Assembly (NCBI RefSeq): GCF_009362815.1
Contig: NZ_WHNX01000015.1
Location: forward strand, 50,914-82,913
DNA: 32,000 nucleotides
Source: Alkalibaculum sporogenes
Lineage (GTDB): Bacteria > Bacillota > Clostridia > Eubacteriales > Alkalibacteraceae
Reading direction: 5' to 3'
The position numbers and the translations under genes are program-made. Below the pieces are notes generated by a model. It did no database searches. It was not told where the DNA came from and saw only the letters and a program-made list of their open reading frames with translations. Of the stretch, positions 31,044 through 32,000 are shown one piece after another (the first letter of the stretch is position 1; every line of letters begins with the position of its first letter).

Positions 31044-32000
31044 ATGGGATATATAATAGATATTAGTCACCACCAGGTACCAAGTAAAATTAATTACGAT
31101 AAGTTGGCCAAAGAAGTAGTGCTTGCTATTATCCGTACTCAGTATGGATCTAGAACTTTAGATAGACACTATAAAACGCACCATGCAGAATTTAAAAAAC
31201 GTGAGATACCTACTGCTGCTTATGCCTGGGTAAGAGGATTTAACATAAAAGATATGGAAAAGGAAGCAACGGATTTCTATAACAGGACCAAAGATTTAGA
31301 TCCTGTGTTCTGGTTTCTTGACGTAGAAGAAAAATCAATGTCAGACATGAGGTCTGGTATTTCTGCTTATATAAAAAAACTTAGATCCCTAGGTGCTAAA
31401 AAAGTTGGAATTTACATTGCTCATCACTTATATAAATCCTTCAATCTTAATCTAGATGAAGCAGATGCCGTTTGGATTCCTCGTTATGGAATCAATAATG
31501 GTAAAGTTAATGTTGCTCCTGCTTATGCATGTGACTTACATCAATACACTAGTGTTGGTAAATTGAACGGTTATAGTGGCAATCTAGACCTTAATAGACT
31601 TATGAATGGTAAATCATTAGATTATTTCACAGGTAAAAAAGCCGAACCATCAGGAGCAACAGTTACGCCTAAACCTGCACAAACGTCAACCGTGACGATT
31701 TATACAGTTAAAAAAGGTGATACATTATCTGAAATCGCGACAAAATATAAAACTACTGTTGCCAAGCTTGCAGATCTTAATGATATTAAGAATGTTAATA
31801 AGATATATGTAGGAGAAAAACTAAAGGTACCTGGTAGTAGTACAAACTCCAAACAATCTATTTTGTACATAGTCAAAAGAGGTGATACATTATCTGAAAT
31901 TGCAACTAAGTATAATACTACTGTATATAAACTTGTTAAGGATAATAATATTAAGAATAGAAATCTTATTTATCCAGGACAAAAAATTAAGATACTTTAA
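31044..32000 (+). CDS. Endolysin: GH25 muramidase plus two LysM cell-wall-binding repeats
   Basis: [10 protein letters not shown] and FWFLDVEE are GH25 motifs. Two LysM repeats ([27 protein letters not shown].., [27 protein letters not shown]..) are also near-identical at DNA level around 31713-31760 and 31878-31925. Stop at 31998-32000. Confidence 0.9.
   Translation: MGYIIDISHHQVPSKINYDKLAKEVVLAIIRTQYGSRTLDRHYKTHHAEFKKREIPTAAYAWVRGFNIKDMEKEATDFYNRTKDLDPVFWFLDVEEKSMSDMRSGISAYIKKLRSLGAKKVGIYIAHHLYKSFNLNLDEADAVWIPRYGINNGKVNVAPAYACDLHQYTSVGKLNGYSGNLDLNRLMNGKSLDYFTGKKAEPSGATVTPKPAQTSTVTIYTVKKGDTLSEIATKYKTTVAKLADLNDIKNVNKIYVGEKLKVPGSSTNSKQSILYIVKRGDTLSEIATKYNTTVYKLVKDNNIKNRNLIYPGQKIKIL

Larger units (their letters stand above)
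1..32000 (+). mobile_element. Early-to-lysis portion of a temperate siphovirus-like phage/prophage (Bacillota host); boundaries lie outside the window
   Basis: Uninterrupted co-directional phage modules: antirepressors, RecT recombination, replication, late activator, terminase, portal, capsid, tail, holin, endolysin. Many ATGA/overlap couplings and strong GGAGG-type Shine-Dalgarno sites. Confidence 0.9.

Noticed and set aside
1-32000. tRNA/rRNA genes, integrase, att sites, transposases, reverse transcriptase/DGR, toxin-antitoxin pairs of known families
   Set aside because: I found no cloverleaf-like GC-rich segments, no recombinase or RT motifs, and no template/variable repeat pairs. The lysogeny module presumably lies upstream of the window. 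Absence cannot be proven without tRNAscan or HMM searches.

Overview
AT-rich 32-kb segment with every credible gene on the + strand. I read it as most of a temperate siphovirus-type phage or prophage from a low-GC Gram-positive (Bacillota) host. Gene order: (1) antirepressor and early genes plus a cluster of tiny ORFs (1-3.9 kb); (2) recombination module of Rad50/SbcC-like ATPase with zinc hook, RecT and MBL-fold hydrolase (4.0-8.0 kb); (3) replication module of a replisome organizer with internal iterons and a G39P-like helicase loader (8.0-9.3 kb); (4) RusA resolvase flanked by Cys-rich proteins; (5) RinA/ArpU/DUF1492-type late activator (11.0-11.4 kb); (6) a structured 232-nt non-coding region and an orphan 183-aa gene bracketed by terminators; (7) TerS, TerL (PBSX type), SPP1-type portal, minor capsid protein with an extra C-terminal domain, scaffold, major capsid, connectors, tail tube, chaperones, tape measure, Dit, a beta-helix tailspike, Tal; (8) a lipoprotein cassette with its own promoter and two terminators; (9) holin and GH25-LysM endolysin (stop codon at nt 31998-32000). 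I saw no rRNA, tRNA, CRISPR array, integrase, att site or transposase. All minus-strand ORFs in the track look like antisense shadows. The best leads are: (a) the minor-capsid C-terminal domain plus a coupled 78-aa ORF, a possible capsid-delivered effector with an immunity partner; (b) an unlisted 45-aa Mu-Com-like zinc-ribbon gene directly upstream of a hairpin that occludes the tape-measure ribosome-binding site; (c) two terminator-bracketed accessory cassettes (183-aa orphan, lipoprotein); (d) a depolymerase-like tailspike with its own terminator inserted between Dit and Tal; (e) an iteron array (likely ori) inside the replisome-organizer gene. All homology calls come from motif recognition by eye. 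No database search was run.
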